The notes beneath the pieces were generated by a model, which saw only the letters and a list, made by a program, of their open reading frames with translations, had not been told where the DNA came from and ran no database searches. The position numbers and the translations under genes are program-made. DNA of 63,188 nucleotides, the filler included, from Licmophora abbreviata (Eukaryota): the NCBI GenBank assembly GCA_900291995.1. It is 8 parts of 8 records of this genome, joined end to end, with 100 filler letters (N's around TTAATTAATTAA, not from the genome) between each part and the next. Parts side by side here need not be neighbours in the genome. Positions count along the whole stretch, not along the records: positions 1 to 13,139 come from OLMU01003372.1; positions 13,240 to 19,384 come from OLMU01003373.1; positions 19,485 to 29,239 come from OLMU01003374.1; 5 more parts are not named here. One strand, given 5' to 3'. Shown here one piece after another: positions 11,255 to 23,618 of this stretch (position 1 is the first letter of the stretch; each line of letters begins with the position of its first letter).

Positions 11255-12313
11255 ATGTCGACATGCAGCAACGGCGACGACCTTTCGAAAATGGGCGCCA
11301 AATCTTTGGATCGTGATGACTCGCTTCGACCACCGTATCCTTTCTTCAAGGAGACTTTTCTGACCCTCATGACTATGCTGACCATGCCCATGTACAGTAT
11401 GGTGGTCTGCTTGGGGGTGTATGTGGGTATGCTGTGCTACGCGCGAAACGCATGGATACGAACACTTCTGTTGCTCTACCTTGCCTACGTCTTCTTGGAT
11501 CGAACTCCCTCGAGGGGCATTCGTTGGCATGTGCACCTCTGGAGATCATGCCCGCTATTCAAGTTCGTCGCTCAATATTTCGACATGACCTTGGTGAAAA
11601 CAACCACTCTTGATGCTTCGCAAAACTATATATTCCTGTATCACCCTCATGGAATCATTTCCATGGGTTTGAATCTCGGAGTCAACACGAACGGGTGTGG
11701 ATTCGATGCAGTCTTTCCCGGCATCTCGACTGCTCCAGTTACCCTCAATGAAACTTTCTACGTTCCTTTTGTCCGCGAATGGATGTTGTTGTTGGGATTT
11801 GTCGGGGCCGACAAGCGGACACTCAAGTACCAACTGCAGAAGGAACGACGTAGTATTGTGTTGGTACCGGGTGGAGCCCAAGAGGCACTCCATGCGCATC
11901 CAGACAATATGAGGCTGTACTTGAAACGTCGCAAGGGATTTGTCAGGCTAGCACTGGAAAGCAAGACACCGCTTGTTCCAATTGTTGGATTTGGTGAGAA
12001 TAGAATGTACTCGACTCTGTATGCTTATGATGAGAAGAAGGACGAGGACGACCATCCACTGTTGTGGAGAGTGCAGCAACGTCTGGTCAAGGTGACAAAG
12101 TTTAGTATGCCCATTTTGACTAATATAATACCGAGGCCTGTGAAAGTTACATTGGTGGTAGGGGCGCCGCTGGAATTGCCTGATACGAGCGAGGGCTGGG
12201 ACAACAAGACAGTGGATGTGTACCACGCCCAGTACTTGCAGCACTTGAAGAGTCTCTACGACACCCACAAGTCCAAGTACGGTCACGAATATGTCAACCT
12301 GGAATTCTTATAA
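11255..12313 (+). CDS. DGAT2: Diacylglycerol acyltransferase type 2 (DGAT2/MOGAT family)
   Basis: N-terminal TM segment, HPHG, VPGGAQE, RKGFVRLAL, PIVGFGE and VVGAPL motifs. Confidence 0.88.
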   Translation: MSTCSNGDDLSKMGAKSLDRDDSLRPPYPFFKETFLTLMTMLTMPMYSMVVCLGVYVGMLCYARNAWIRTLLLLYLAYVFLDRTPSRGIRWHVHLWRSCPLFKFVAQYFDMTLVKTTTLDASQNYIFLYHPHGIISMGLNLGVNTNGCGFDAVFPGISTAPVTLNETFYVPFVREWMLLLGFVGADKRTLKYQLQKERRSIVLVPGGAQEALHAHPDNMRLYLKRRKGFVRLALESKTPLVPIVGFGENRMYSTLYAYDEKKDEDDHPLLWRVQQRLVKVTKFSMPILTNIIPRPVKVTLVVGAPLELPDTSEGWDNKTVDVYHAQYLQHLKSLYDTHKSKYGHEYVNLEFL

Positions 12314-13139
12314 TAGCGGGGGTAGTAGTTAGGAGGCGAGCGGTGGAGACAACGAGCGGCCAATCTGTCATCAGTTGGTGCCTTCGGACCTCGAACATGC
12401 TGGAATTCGTTTCGTTTGAGGAATGGATTGAATGGGCGCGAACAGGTATGTCGATGAATTCTGTTGGACTTTTTGTAAGAAACAATGGGCCGATTTCTGC
12501 TTGTTGCCGATTCATCTGTTCGGCACCGAGTTTTGGACGCCCGAGAAGAATGGATTGCTATGCTTTGCATGGCAGGAGCGAGAAGCATAGGACCTTCTTG
12601 CGTGCGTGCTATAAACAGCAGACTGGCATGTTGTAGTTGCCTTGCTGCTGTGCCTGTGCGCTACAGTTGTACACTTCTTGCTGCTGCGATGAGAATACTT
12701 GCTTGCGCTCACCGTGTACACTGTCGCTTGTAAATGGTGCAGGTCCAGCTACTAGAGGCACATGACGTGTAGACCATGATCATTGCACTTTGTTACAGCT
12801 CTTGTGTTCGCATTAAGGGAAGAATCAATTTGGGATTGTTTGCAACTGTGGGTCGATGGCGGTCGTATAGCGGTCAAGACACACTACCGTAGCCAAGATA
12901 GAGTAACATATTCTCTATTGATACTGAGGCAGCATGGTGCATAGTCCGGTGCACTGAGATGCCTTCTCTCTCTAGCTCTGGTAAATCGGCCAAGAGTCGA
13001 CACTTACCATTAGCTGAACCGATACGGCGGTATGGGGACACTAGGTAGACGTAGCCAATAGTGCAGTTGTGGTAGACGAGAATGGAGATGGTTGAAGGTT
13101 GAAAAAGCATAGAACACAACTCCGACTCCTTCGACTGGA

Positions 13140-13239
13140 NNNNNNNNNNNNNNNNNNNNNNNNNNNNNNNNNNNNNNNNNNNNTTAATTAATTAANNNNN
13201 NNNNNNNNNNNNNNNNNNNNNNNNNNNNNNNNNNNNNNN
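13140..13239. other. Artificial contig spacer
   Basis: N44-TTAATTAATTAA-N44, a stop codon in all six frames. Confidence 0.97.
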
Positions 13240-13524
13240 CGTCGCGCGGGTGGACGGTTTGACGCATCTGACATCGGACGGCGGAGCAAATTGAAGATGG
13301 CAAAAGATACGCTCACGACCGTCAACCGCATCCCAGCAGCGATCGTCGCCATCGCAGCTGTCTTGATCGATCGATCGTTTCGTTTATTAACGCGGGTGAC
13401 TCTAGTTGTTCTCTCTGCGTGAACGGGTTGGAATCATACTGAATCGCTGCAACAAATCGATTCGAAAGAAGACGCAGGACGCAGAGCTGTCATCATCGCC
13501 CATCGACATACCGTGCCGATCACC

Positions 13525-15252
13525 ATGTCTCCCAACAAGAAGCCCCGCACCGCCGCAGAGGACCAGGACTCGATTCCGCCTCCCACCAACTCACTTGTGA
13601 CGCCTCTGCTAACAGATTTGTACCAAATCACCATGACATACGCTCACTGGAAAAACAACCGCCACGAGGACCCTGCGATCTTTGAATTGTTCTTTCGCAA
13701 AAACCCCTTCAAGGGCGAGTACACAATTTTTTGTGGACTCGATGAAGCCCTAAAGTTCGTCAAGCACTTTCGTTTCAGTAGTGAGGATATAAACTTTTTG
13801 AGACAGACGAGTGCCCTGAAAAATTGCGATGCGGAGTTCTGGAACTATCTTGCGTCGGTCGACTGTTCGGATGTGCAGCTTCATGCGATGAAGGAGGGGA
13901 CGGTGGCCTTTCCCAGAGTACCCTTGATTGTCGTAAGTGGTCCTCTTGGAGTCAGTCAGCTGTTGGAAACGACGCTGCTGACTCTCGTAAATTACCCCTC
14001 CTTGCTGGCTACCAACGCGGCGCGCATGGTGGTGGCGGCTCGAGACAAGACAGTTCTTGGTGATACGTCCTTTGTGGCATCCAAATCGCCAGACATTCCC
14101 AAACAGTGCTTCAAAGTTCCCAAGTGCGTAGAATTTGGACTGAGACGTGCCCAGGGGCCCGATGGGGGTTTTAGTGCCTCCAAGTACAGTGCTGTTGGGG
14201 GATTCGATGCCACGAGCAACGTGCAGGCTGGTCGATACTTGAACATTCCCATTGCCGGGACGCATGCACATTCTTTTGTCCAGGCATACTCGTCGCTATC
14301 CGAAGTGGATAAGCTGACTGTGTTGGATCAGAAAACGCAACAGGCTGAGCTGTTGCTTCCTCGCGTGCTGCAGTATAGAGAGCAAGTTTTGCAAGATCGA
14401 TATCTCACCACGAATGACGGCGAGCTGGCGAGTTTCATTGCCTATGCAGCGGCCTTTCCCGATTCTTTTCTCTGCTTAATCGATACCTATGAGACTTTGG
14501 CAAGTGGACTGTTGAATTTCTGCATGGTGTCACTAGTATTAGGTGACTTGGGCTACACTCCAAAGGGTGTTCGATTGGACAGTGGTGATCTGGCATACTT
14601 GAGTTTACAATGCGCGCGCAAGTTTGCGGAGTTGGCAATGTCTCAGTCTCGTCCTTTCTTTGAGAGCCTCGATATTGTCGCCAGCAACGACATCAATGAA
14701 GAGATCTTGCAGTCGCTCAACAAGCAAGGTCATGCTATTACGATCTTTGGCATTGGCACGAACCTCGTGACGTGTCAAGCCCAACCAGCTTTGGGATGCG
14801 TCTACAAATTGGTGGAGATTAGTGGCACGCCTAGAATCAAGCTGAGCCAGGACATTGAAAAAGTCTTGATTCCGGGTCGCAAACAGGCATACCGTCTGTT
14901 TGGAAGTGCAGGCTACCCCCTAATGGATTTGATGCTGGGCGCAGACGAAGATGCGCCACAAACAGGGAAGCGTGTCCTGTGTCGACATCCGTTTGTCGAA
15001 CGCAAACGAGCGGCCGTGACGGCGACGCGCATCATGCCCTTGCATCACCTCGTCTTTGATCAGGGACATGTCCCCGACATGCCACAACTCGAAAATACGA
15101 AGATTTATGTCGCAGAACAGTTGCAGTACATTCGTCCGGATGTTTTGCGTAGTATCAATGCAACTCCCTACAAGATCTCAGTTTCGAGTGATCTGTTCAC
15201 GTTCTTGCACGAGTTGTGGCAGGAAGAGACACCCGTGGCCGAGCTGGCTTGA
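13525..15252 (+). CDS. NAPRT: Nicotinate phosphoribosyltransferase
   Basis: Motifs LLTDLYQITM, FFRKNPF, EFGLRRAQGPDGG, GTHAHS, GVRLDSGDL and GCVYKLVE. Intronless. Confidence 0.95.
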   Translation: MSPNKKPRTAAEDQDSIPPPTNSLVTPLLTDLYQITMTYAHWKNNRHEDPAIFELFFRKNPFKGEYTIFCGLDEALKFVKHFRFSSEDINFLRQTSALKNCDAEFWNYLASVDCSDVQLHAMKEGTVAFPRVPLIVVSGPLGVSQLLETTLLTLVNYPSLLATNAARMVVAARDKTVLGDTSFVASKSPDIPKQCFKVPKCVEFGLRRAQGPDGGFSASKYSAVGGFDATSNVQAGRYLNIPIAGTHAHSFVQAYSSLSEVDKLTVLDQKTQQAELLLPRVLQYREQVLQDRYLTTNDGELASFIAYAAAFPDSFLCLIDTYETLASGLLNFCMVSLVLGDLGYTPKGVRLDSGDLAYLSLQCARKFAELAMSQSRPFFESLDIVASNDINEEILQSLNKQGHAITIFGIGTNLVTCQAQPALGCVYKLVEISGTPRIKLSQDIEKVLIPGRKQAYRLFGSAGYPLMDLMLGADEDAPQTGKRVLCRHPFVERKRAAVTATRIMPLHHLVFDQGHVPDMPQLENTKIYVAEQLQYIRPDVLRSINATPYKISVSSDLFTFLHELWQEETPVAELA

Positions 15253-15429
15253 GTGGGGAGAATGCGAATACGAAGAAACAAGAGTGGTAACTGCTCTCAT
15301 CAGTCGAAACCTTACCAAGCCATAAAGCGTGTTACAGATCAATATAACTAAGTTAAACCTCCATGCCACGCGCTCGTTCTTTCTCTTTGTCTCTCGCGCT
15401 AGCGTTTCATTGTCCTTCTTCCTTCTCTT

Positions 15430-16818
15430 CTAGATATCATCCCATATGTCCTTCTGGATGTTCCACACCTTTTCGGAGCTCTCGACGAAGGCTTTTCGCT
15501 CATTGTCCGTCAGTGGCAAGTCGACGATACCCGAAACACCCTGTGCGCCAAGTACGCAAGGCAAAGAGACAAAGACATCTCCTGAAATGCCGTGCAAGCC
15601 ACGAACGCACGTGCTGAGAGGCAAGATCTTGCGCATATCATCCAAAACCACGTGAGCAATATGTGCCACCGTAAAGCCGATTGCCCAGTTGGTGTAACCT
15701 AAGGACCAGGGGTCAGGAAAGGAGGTGTGAGGGCTAGGCATGCAACGAATATAGTTCTTCAACCAGAGACGACGACGACGACGACATGAGACACTCACCT
15801 TTCTTGGCAATGACTTCGGCCCCCGAGACGACAATTTCTCGATGGACCGACTCGTGTAGTTCGTTTGGCTCTTCTCCGTACTTGAGCAACGCCACGCCGC
15901 CCACTCGTACGCTGCTCCAGACACTGACAGAGGAATCACCGTGTTCTCCTAAAACGTAGCCATGAACAGACTGAGCATCGAGCGAGAGCGCCTCCGCCAC
16001 GAGACTTCGCAGCCGACTTGTGTCAAGGCACGTTCCAGACCCAAAGATTCGTCCTGGGGGGACACTGGGTCCCGCAATCTTTGCCGCAATGGCAGTCATG
16101 ATATCACAAGGGTTTGAAATTACACAGATGGCGGTATTCGGTGAATGCTCCAAGACTTGAGGGATAATGGCTTTCATCACGCCAATGTTCCGCTGAACCA
16201 GACTGAGACGAGATTCACCAGGCTTGCGGGCACATCCTGCCGTGATTATGACGAGCCGAGAGCTTTCGGTAATGTCGTAGTTGGTACTGGCGAGAATTTC
16301 GGCTCGGGCGTGAAAGGCGGCGCCTTGGCGCAAGTCACGCGCCTCCCCTTCGAGTTTAGATTCGAGCATATCGACCAAGGCGAGGGTGCTGACCGTCTGT
16401 TGGTTGAGGAGAGCGTAGGCAATCGCGAGACCGACCTGACCACATCCAATGATGCTGACTTTCTTGTTCGTCGCGCTCGAAAGAGGGACGCTTTCGTCAC
16501 TATGCTGTGATGCAGAAGCGTAAGCAAGGTCAGGGGAGCACGGAATGGGTTCCTTCAGTCGTCTAAGAGTAAGTTCGCTGAGCTTGGCATTTTTGATGGC
16601 CATGAGAAAGTCTGAGATCAGAACAAAACGCATGGAGAGCAGAAAGACACGTCAGATATAAGTATGATACCGCGCCTCACAACTCACATGACACGGTCGT
16701 GTCAATTGCGAATGAGCATCTGCGTACCTGGACCACCAGTGCTGATGCGGCGACGATGAGGGCCCCCCGAGGAGGACTTGAGCTTCTCGACTAAGCTATC
16801 GGGGGCAGCATCGGCCAT
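15430..16818 (-). CDS. LDH: L-lactate dehydrogenase
   Basis: Exons 16818-16728, 16611-15799 and 15698-15430. Motifs IIGCGQVG, GESRLSLVQRN, SNPCD, GSGTCLDTSR, GEHGDSSV and KGYTNWAIG (rejoined across the intron). Confidence 0.9.
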
Positions 16819-17275
16819 GGTTGCAAGAAGTATAGAGTGCTTGATCGCGTTGAAATGACTTGGATCTTTGTGATGGCGGTTTGTCGGATGTCAACAAACC
16901 TTCGAAGGGTTCGCATCGAGTGCTCTTCGGGTTCTCGTTGAGCTCCCGAAGAGCAAAAGGTTCTGTAGAGTTCGTGTTTTTGAGTGCCGGACGACGGAGA
17001 TTCATGACGAACAAAGGGATCTAAAAGTAAGGAGTCCCTGGCGAATGACAATAGCGCTGTAAGCATGATCTAAAATACATGCGTCTACCACGCTCTTTAT
17101 TTTCAAAATGCGTCTGTGCGAACGTTGTACCAATACTAATCCGAAGGACAGTGCAGTGTGAGCCGAGCTACGAAGGGTGTGTGCAGATGGTATGCTTGCA
17201 TACAACATAAGCGACGCCGAATCGGATTACTTGGGGCGGCACTCTCTCCAGCAGTGCGCTGAGAGAGAAAGCCAT
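16791..17275 (-). CDS. Possible small two-exon membrane protein (tentative)
   Basis: Exon 17275-17204 (MAFSLSALLERVPPQVIRFGVAYV) and GT-AG intron 17203-17070 join in frame to IMLTALLSFARD..., forming a hydrophobic segment. The 3' end overlaps the LDH start. Confidence 0.3.
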
Positions 17276-17367
17276 TTCATGGGTCCCATTGGTATCTTGT
17301 GTGGGGCGTCTTCTGGTATGAGACTGGTGGCTATTGCCACTCTTTGATTTCCGTATCTTCAATCTCA

Positions 17368-17981
17368 TCACAATGCTTCGTCATCACTAGCGCTTATCGC
17401 ACGAGCGCTGCTCCTCTCGGACAGTATATTCCGAAAGTCCGTCACATTCCAAGTCTCACCCGGTGCCGCCCTCATGATGGCATTCGCTTCGTCCCCAGTC
17501 AGTGGCTCGCCCATGTCGCGCGATAGTTCTACCAAGTTTCCCGCGGAGATCGTTCCGGTGTGATCTGCGTCTAGCAATTGAAAACAGGAGGAAATTTCCT
17601 CCTCACGATTGCGGGAATGCTGTGGGTGTGACATGATATGGTACAAGATATGAGTGTGCGGAGGTGCTGTTCGAGAGTAGTCTTGGGAGTCTTTGAGAAG
17701 CATAGTCTTCGTCTCTCTGTTTGAGTACTCACCTTGGAGAACAATTCCAAGACAACTTCCACCGTGATTTCTCCTTTCTTTTGCTTCGTTTGTTCCTCCC
17801 GTACAAGGCGCTCTATCTCTGCTCGTTCCTCTTGCCCGTACCCCAAGCCCAACCACAGTGTCTCCACGGCATCCATGCCAATAGCACCCGTTCGACTTTC
17901 ATCCATTACAAGAAAAGATTCTCGAATGTCATGCTCGTCCAACGGAGCCAACCGCTCGGGAGGAGGTCCTTGTAATCTCAT
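17368..17981 (-). CDS. Divergent centrin/calmodulin-like EF-hand protein
   Basis: Exons 17981-17733 and 17619-17368. IRESFLVMDESRTGAIG and FQLLDADHTGTISAGNL...MGEPLT..E are EF-hand loops. Confidence 0.75.
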
Positions 17982-18268
17982 GGGGTGTAGTAAGGGTATT
18001 GAAGTAGAACACAACGATGAAGAAGGACTGAAGCGACCGGCTATGTGTCATGGCGGCGGTGATGCCGCGGTGCCATCATTATATTGGAATGAATATCTCA
18101 AATTCCGGATTCCTTCTTGCATGGGCGCGCCAAAAAAGTCATCGTGTAGCCCTTTCGCCTCAAAATCTGCCACCGACAATGGCGATCCACAGTATCACCG
18201 GCCTTCTTGTGTCTCCACGTTGCTAGAAGCTCCCCTCTTCGTTGTCCTTTCCGCGTACACACACTGAC

Positions 18269-20492
18269 ATGCTGCCACAGAGTCTGGAGCTCGTGGCGAC
18301 TGAAAAAAGCGCTGCGAATGCTGCGCCCAACGACGTGGAAGAAGGCAGTCCTCCTAGTGCGAACAGTGACAAGAACTCTGCCTTTCACCTTCCCGAGCCT
18401 CAAGACTCCTCCGAAGACGAAACAAGCGTCGAGGAGCAGTCGTCCTCTTTCAAACCGGACCACCAATCGAATAAAGCTGCCAAGGATGCAGGGACGGAGT
18501 CCGAGTCGTCGTTGATCTATCATACCAAGGACCACGAAGATGACAAGACCAAGCGTCCATCAGCCCTGCCGAGTCTTCTCGACGAATCATTGAAGCAAGG
18601 TGCTTCTGATGGGAACGATGATGACAACAAGCCTCTTTCGACTACCACTGCAGAGCAGTCCATCTTGGCACCTCCATCGCGTGCCTCGTTGCTTCTTCCC
18701 ATGGATATTCAGCAGAATGTGGAAGCAGAAGGAGAAGGGGAAAGTCCCAAGAAGCGCCGCCGTCATCATCCGTTTCACTCGTCTTCGACCAAGGCACATG
18801 TCTGGGACGGCTTTGTCCGCAAGGGAACGCGTCTCAAGAACCTCGTCGAAGAAGCCTTCGAACAGATGACGCACTACAAGAACGACATCGACCGTGTGAG
18901 CAACATGGATGATGGATCGTCGGAGATGCCAACGAATCGAAACAAGCGTGCTCGTAAAGCTGGGATAGAAGAGAGCGACGATGCTGCCAGTCATCCCTTG
19001 ACGGTCCTTGATCATGCAGCAGCATTGGCTCGTGAAAAGACGGCTGAATGCATGATTCTTCAAAAGGTACGCCACTGCGGTGTGCATGCATTTTCTCACA
19101 GGCAAGCAGCGATCCCGCCGTCTCTCACGTGCGCATCTTTCCCGGTGTCTTTCTCTTCTAGAAACTCCAAGACGCCAAGACCGACGTGGCAGCCCTCACA
19201 GCCACCAACGACGCCCTCCGAGAATCCTCGTCGTCCACGTCAGCCCGTTTGGAATGCGCCGTCGAAGCGCTCAAACTCACCAGTTCCAATGCCGCCAATG
19301 CCCGGGCGGATGCCGACGCCGCCGAAGCGACCGCAAGCTCATTGGCCTCTCGGTTGGAGGCCCTGCGCAGTGTCGTGCAGGACANNNNNNNNNNNNNNNN
19401 NNNNNNNNNNNNNNNNNNNNNNNNNNNNTTAATTAATTAANNNNNNNNNNNNNNNNNNNNNNNNNNNNNNNNNNNNNNNNNNNNGAGGAGATCGCCAAGG
19501 CGGAGCGTGTGGTGGAAACCAAGCTGGTGCAGAAGGAAGCGGAACTGGCGCGTTTCCAGTCGAAGCAGCGTCAAATGGTCAAGGAGCGCAAGGAGCAAAA
19601 AGCGCAGGCGGAACAGTTCCAGCAAGACTACAAGTCGTTGCAGCTGCAGCTTGACCAACGACAACAAGAGCTTCACAAGCATGCCCAGCAGCTGGGGGAG
19701 TACAAGGCTCTCGAACAAGCTCGTCACGATCGTTCGGTGCGCATGGAGCAAGAATTGCATGAAGCACGCAGCATGCTCTCAACGGCGTCTGCGACGGCCG
19801 CCGAGACGGAAACCACTACAGCCGTCCTGCAAGAGACCATTCGTGCCCTCCAGAAAGAGAACCAGTCGCTTCACGATCGCATGGCTAGCATTCAGAATGG
19901 CGCCATGAAAGAGCAAGAGCGCTTGAACGAGGCCCTGACAAAGTCTGAGAAGCAGGTGCAGTCTCTCAAGATTGATGCCGCGACCCACGAACAAGACAAG
20001 CAGCGCCTCGTCATGGACAAGCGTGAAATGGAAAAGAAGGCGACGCAACTCAAGACTCGCATGGCGACTGCCGAGCGTCGTCTCCGAGACGCCACGTCGC
20101 TGGTGCCTCTGGAATCTCCTGCTGATGAGGACGCCGAGTCGGGAGGCGAGTTGGCTTTGCCAGCCAGCACACGAAAACCGAGAGGAGTCACCTTTTCGAT
20201 TCCTCCCTTGCAGCAGCAGACCACTCCTAGGAAGCGTTCGACAAGTGAAGTAGCCGCGAAGGTGACTCCTGCCCTGCGCAGGAAGTCCAACACGTGCTGC
20301 GTCTGTCAGCAGCCTGCTTCGGGCTTCATGAAGAGCTGTCAATGTGGTCAGTCGAACTGTGACAAGCGTGCACACGGCCATTGTCTCGCCAAGCTACAGC
20401 ACAACAAGACAATTGGACCGAGCGTCAGTCATCCAGGTACACCAGCGACTCGTGCGCCTGTCCTCTTGTGTGGAGCCATCAAGATAGCGTAG
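18269..20492 (+). CDS. Long coiled-coil protein with C-terminal Cys/His (PHD-like) finger; spans an assembly spacer
   Basis: Low-complexity N-terminus, intron 19067-19161, heptad-rich region on both sides of the gap at 19385-19484, and CCVC..CQC..C..HGHC near the C-terminus. Confidence 0.65.
19385..19484. other. Artificial contig spacer
   Basis: Same 100-nt linker. Confidence 0.97.
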
Positions 20493-20691
20493 AGAAGTGC
20501 GGTGTGCTGACGGGACCACAATGGGAGAGTCAAGGCATGATGAGTGACGAGATTTGATTTGCGGAACACCTGCTTGGAAGAAGAGAACGGAAAGCACTCG
20601 AATTGACAATAGAAGCGGACCATCGTGTAGATGCGTACGTGCTACTAGAGGATACGTCCTACTAGTAATACCTTGCTGTGATTCTCTCTTC

Positions 20692-21255
20692 TCAATACTT
20701 CGGAGGCATGAAGAAATTGACTACCGGTTTTGTCGACAGCACGACGATAGGCAATCGGATTGGTTCAATCATTTCATTCACCATAATCGTCAGACCGATC
20801 GTCCCAACAGTGGGGTCCACCTTTGAACTCAAATCGAATCCAGTATAACCATCGACCTTGGCCAGAACAGCAATCGCGTCGACCCCACCAAACTCCATTG
20901 CTCCGTAGGACAACAGCGCCGTCGTTGTCCACACAGTCCAGTACCAGACCATAAAGGGAATGCCATAGTCTCTTGCAAGCATCTTGAACTTTCCACGAAG
21001 CGTATAGAGTTCTCCTGTATTGATTCCTCGCAGCATGTGAAGCTTCGCTAGCTGACGATCATGATCTCTGAGCTCCATTTCCTTTTGGAAGTCTGTGAGC
21101 GTTTTGACTCGTTCTTTCTCGGCCTCTTCTTCCTCTTTCGTCAAGGGTTCATAAGAGAAGCTTCGTGTCGACAGAAGTATGCGACTGGTCCTGGATGGGC
21201 GCACTAGGAGTCCATGCCCGCGAACGCAGGACAACGACCGTCGAGACATCATCAT
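20692..21255 (-). CDS. FAM210/DUF1279 family mitochondrial membrane protein
   Basis: Arg/Ser-rich presequence, KFK.L.RDYG..F.V.YW and NEMIEPIRLP motifs. Confidence 0.75.
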   Translation of the reverse strand: MMMSRRSLSCVRGHGLLVRPSRTSRILLSTRSFSYEPLTKEEEEAEKERVKTLTDFQKEMELRDHDRQLAKLHMLRGINTGELYTLRGKFKMLARDYGIPFMVWYWTVWTTTALLSYGAMEFGGVDAIAVLAKVDGYTGFDLSSKVDPTVGTIGLTIMVNEMIEPIRLPIVVLSTKPVVNFFMPPKY

Positions 21256-21656
21256 GGTGCTGGATGGATGTTGTGTGCGGTCTCGTCGCGTGTTTCGAAG
21301 CTTCACAAACAATCTTTGTGGTGCGGTGCACGTGTTCGCCCTCCTCCGGACGTAGACAGACGCCTCACGCATCTCATCGTCTGCAATGATGATTCATTCT
21401 CTACCAACGCCCTCTCTTCTTAACACACGTCCGACCCATCGAAACTACACACGCCCGGGATTAGAAACTTCGGAACTGACGCACTTTTCAATTTTCGTCT
21501 AGGAGCTTCCATTGTTGCTGACCTGTGTTGGTCGAGTGGTCTCGCTATCATCATCTATCTGTTGGCTGTGTATCTGTGCGCTTCTGACGACCGAAGAAGA
21601 AAAGGTCTACGCCAGCGAGAGAGAAGAGGTGTCAACTTTCACCGTCAGAGAACCCC

Positions 21657-23476
21657 ATGTCGTCGTGTTTTGCTCGCAATATCCTCAAAATGATGGCGGG
21701 ACTACTGATTTCGATGAGCTCCCGTTGTGCAGGCGTTCGAACGGCTGCCTTTACAGTGCAAGGTAGCAGTAGGATGAGACGATCAGTAGCGCGGCTCGCC
21801 ATGTCTACAATGCAATCGAACCAAGCCGATGCTGCCATGGCGTTGGGCGTGTTTCCGAGGGTCAAGGCTGCTGATGCCAAGGCTCCATCGGATGGACCCG
21901 TCGTAATCAAGGGATGGGTGCGGACGGTTCGAAAACAAAAGACTCTGGCTTTTGTGGAAGTCAATGATGGAAGTAATCTGGGAGGAATTCAATGTGTACT
22001 TTCGTTTGATGGAATTGATGAATCTACGCAGGAAGGTGAGCCATGATGATGTGTGGTGTCGCGCGACAGGAGCCGTTTTGTGTGTGTTGTCTGTCACCAT
22101 GTGCCAATCTCTCATCCACTGTTGCTTTCTTATCATCTAGAAATCGACAAGTTGACAACAGGCTGTTCTGTCATTGTCACTGGTCCACTGGTCGAATCCA
22201 AAGGAGGCAAGCAGGCCGTCGAGGTAGCGGCATCCTCGCTGCGCGTCGTGGGGGACTGTCCCGCCGACACGTACCCGCTCGCGAAGAAGCGTCATTCGCT
22301 GGAGTTTCTGCGAACCATTGCGCACCTCCGGCCTCGTACGAATACCGTGGCGGCCGTCGCACGTGTCCGGTCGCAGATTGCTGGGGCAGTGCATGCCTTT
22401 TTTCAGCAAGCTGGCTTTGTCTATGTGCAGACGCCCTTGATTACTGCGAGTGATTGTGAGGGAGCGGGAGAGCTGTTTCGTGTAACGACGCTGGATCTGG
22501 ATAAGGTATCAGAACTGCCGAAGGCGAAGGATGAGAATGATAAGGAGACGGATGGGGTTGATTACAGTGAAGACTTTTTTGGCAAGCCTGCGTTTCTGAC
22601 AGTCAGTGGACAGCTGGGAGCTGAGACGCATGCCTGTGCGCTGGGTGATGTGTACACATTTGGGCCGACATTCCGAGCAGAGAACTCGCAGACGACGCGT
22701 CATTTGGCCGAGTTCAATATGGTGGAACCCGAAATGGCTTTTGCTGATTTACCAGCAGCCATGGACAATGCAGAGGCTATGCTCAAGTGGGTTGTGAAGC
22801 ATGTACTGGAGAATTGCAAATCAGACTTAGAATTCTTTCAGAAATTTTATGACAAAGGCCTAACAGAGCGATTGGAAAAGGTGGTGGCACAGCCATTCGC
22901 GAGAGTCTCGTATCGGGAAGCGATTGGTTTTCTCCAAGAGGAGATCGCCAAGGATCCTTCCAAGTGGCAGTTTCCGGATGTCGAGTTTGGCACCGATTTG
23001 GCTACCGAGCACGAACGCTGGCTGGCTGAGACCAAGTTCGACTGCGCCGTATTTGTTTACAACTATCCCAAATCGATCAAGGCGTTCTACATGCGTGACA
23101 ACGATGAAGATGGCGGCGAAACAGTGAATGCCATGGACTTGCTCGTTCCTGGAGTCGGAGAACTCGTTGGAGGAAGCCAAAGAGTACGTAGTATAGCTTG
23201 TGTGACTGGTCAATGTGTGTCTTGTGTAAATCTCGCTCAAAAACGTCACACTTCTACTCGCAGGAAGAGCGCCTCGACGTATTGGAGGCGAAAATAGAGG
23301 AGCTTGACCTCAATCTTGACGACTACTGGTGGTATTTGGATCTACGCCGATTCGGGTCAGTCCCCCACGCTGGATATGGTCTAGGTTTCGAACGTCTCGT
23401 AACCTACGTCTGTGGTATTGAAAATATTCGAGAGGCCATTGCTTTTCCGAGATATCCTGGTAATGCCGAGTTCTAG
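21657..23476 (+). CDS. asnS: Asparaginyl-tRNA synthetase (organellar type)
   Basis: Motifs [48 protein letters not shown] and GLGFERL. Introns 22036-22140 and 23184-23263. N-terminal targeting extension. Confidence 0.95.
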
Positions 23477-23618
23477 AGAATGTCTTGAGTCGTCTTGTCC
23501 ATGCCTTTAGCGTCAAGTCACCTGAGACTAAATTCTTATTATGACTAAAGATCTATTCATCCAGGTTTCAAGAAGGTCGTACCATCCTAAACCCTGTCAT
23601 ATTCCGCCACAGCAGCAT

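Noticed and set aside
13184..13195. Recurrent TTAATTAATTAA motif (7 copies) as a biological repeat
   Set aside because: It is always centred in exactly 88 Ns, so it is a six-frame-stop linker added during scaffolding.
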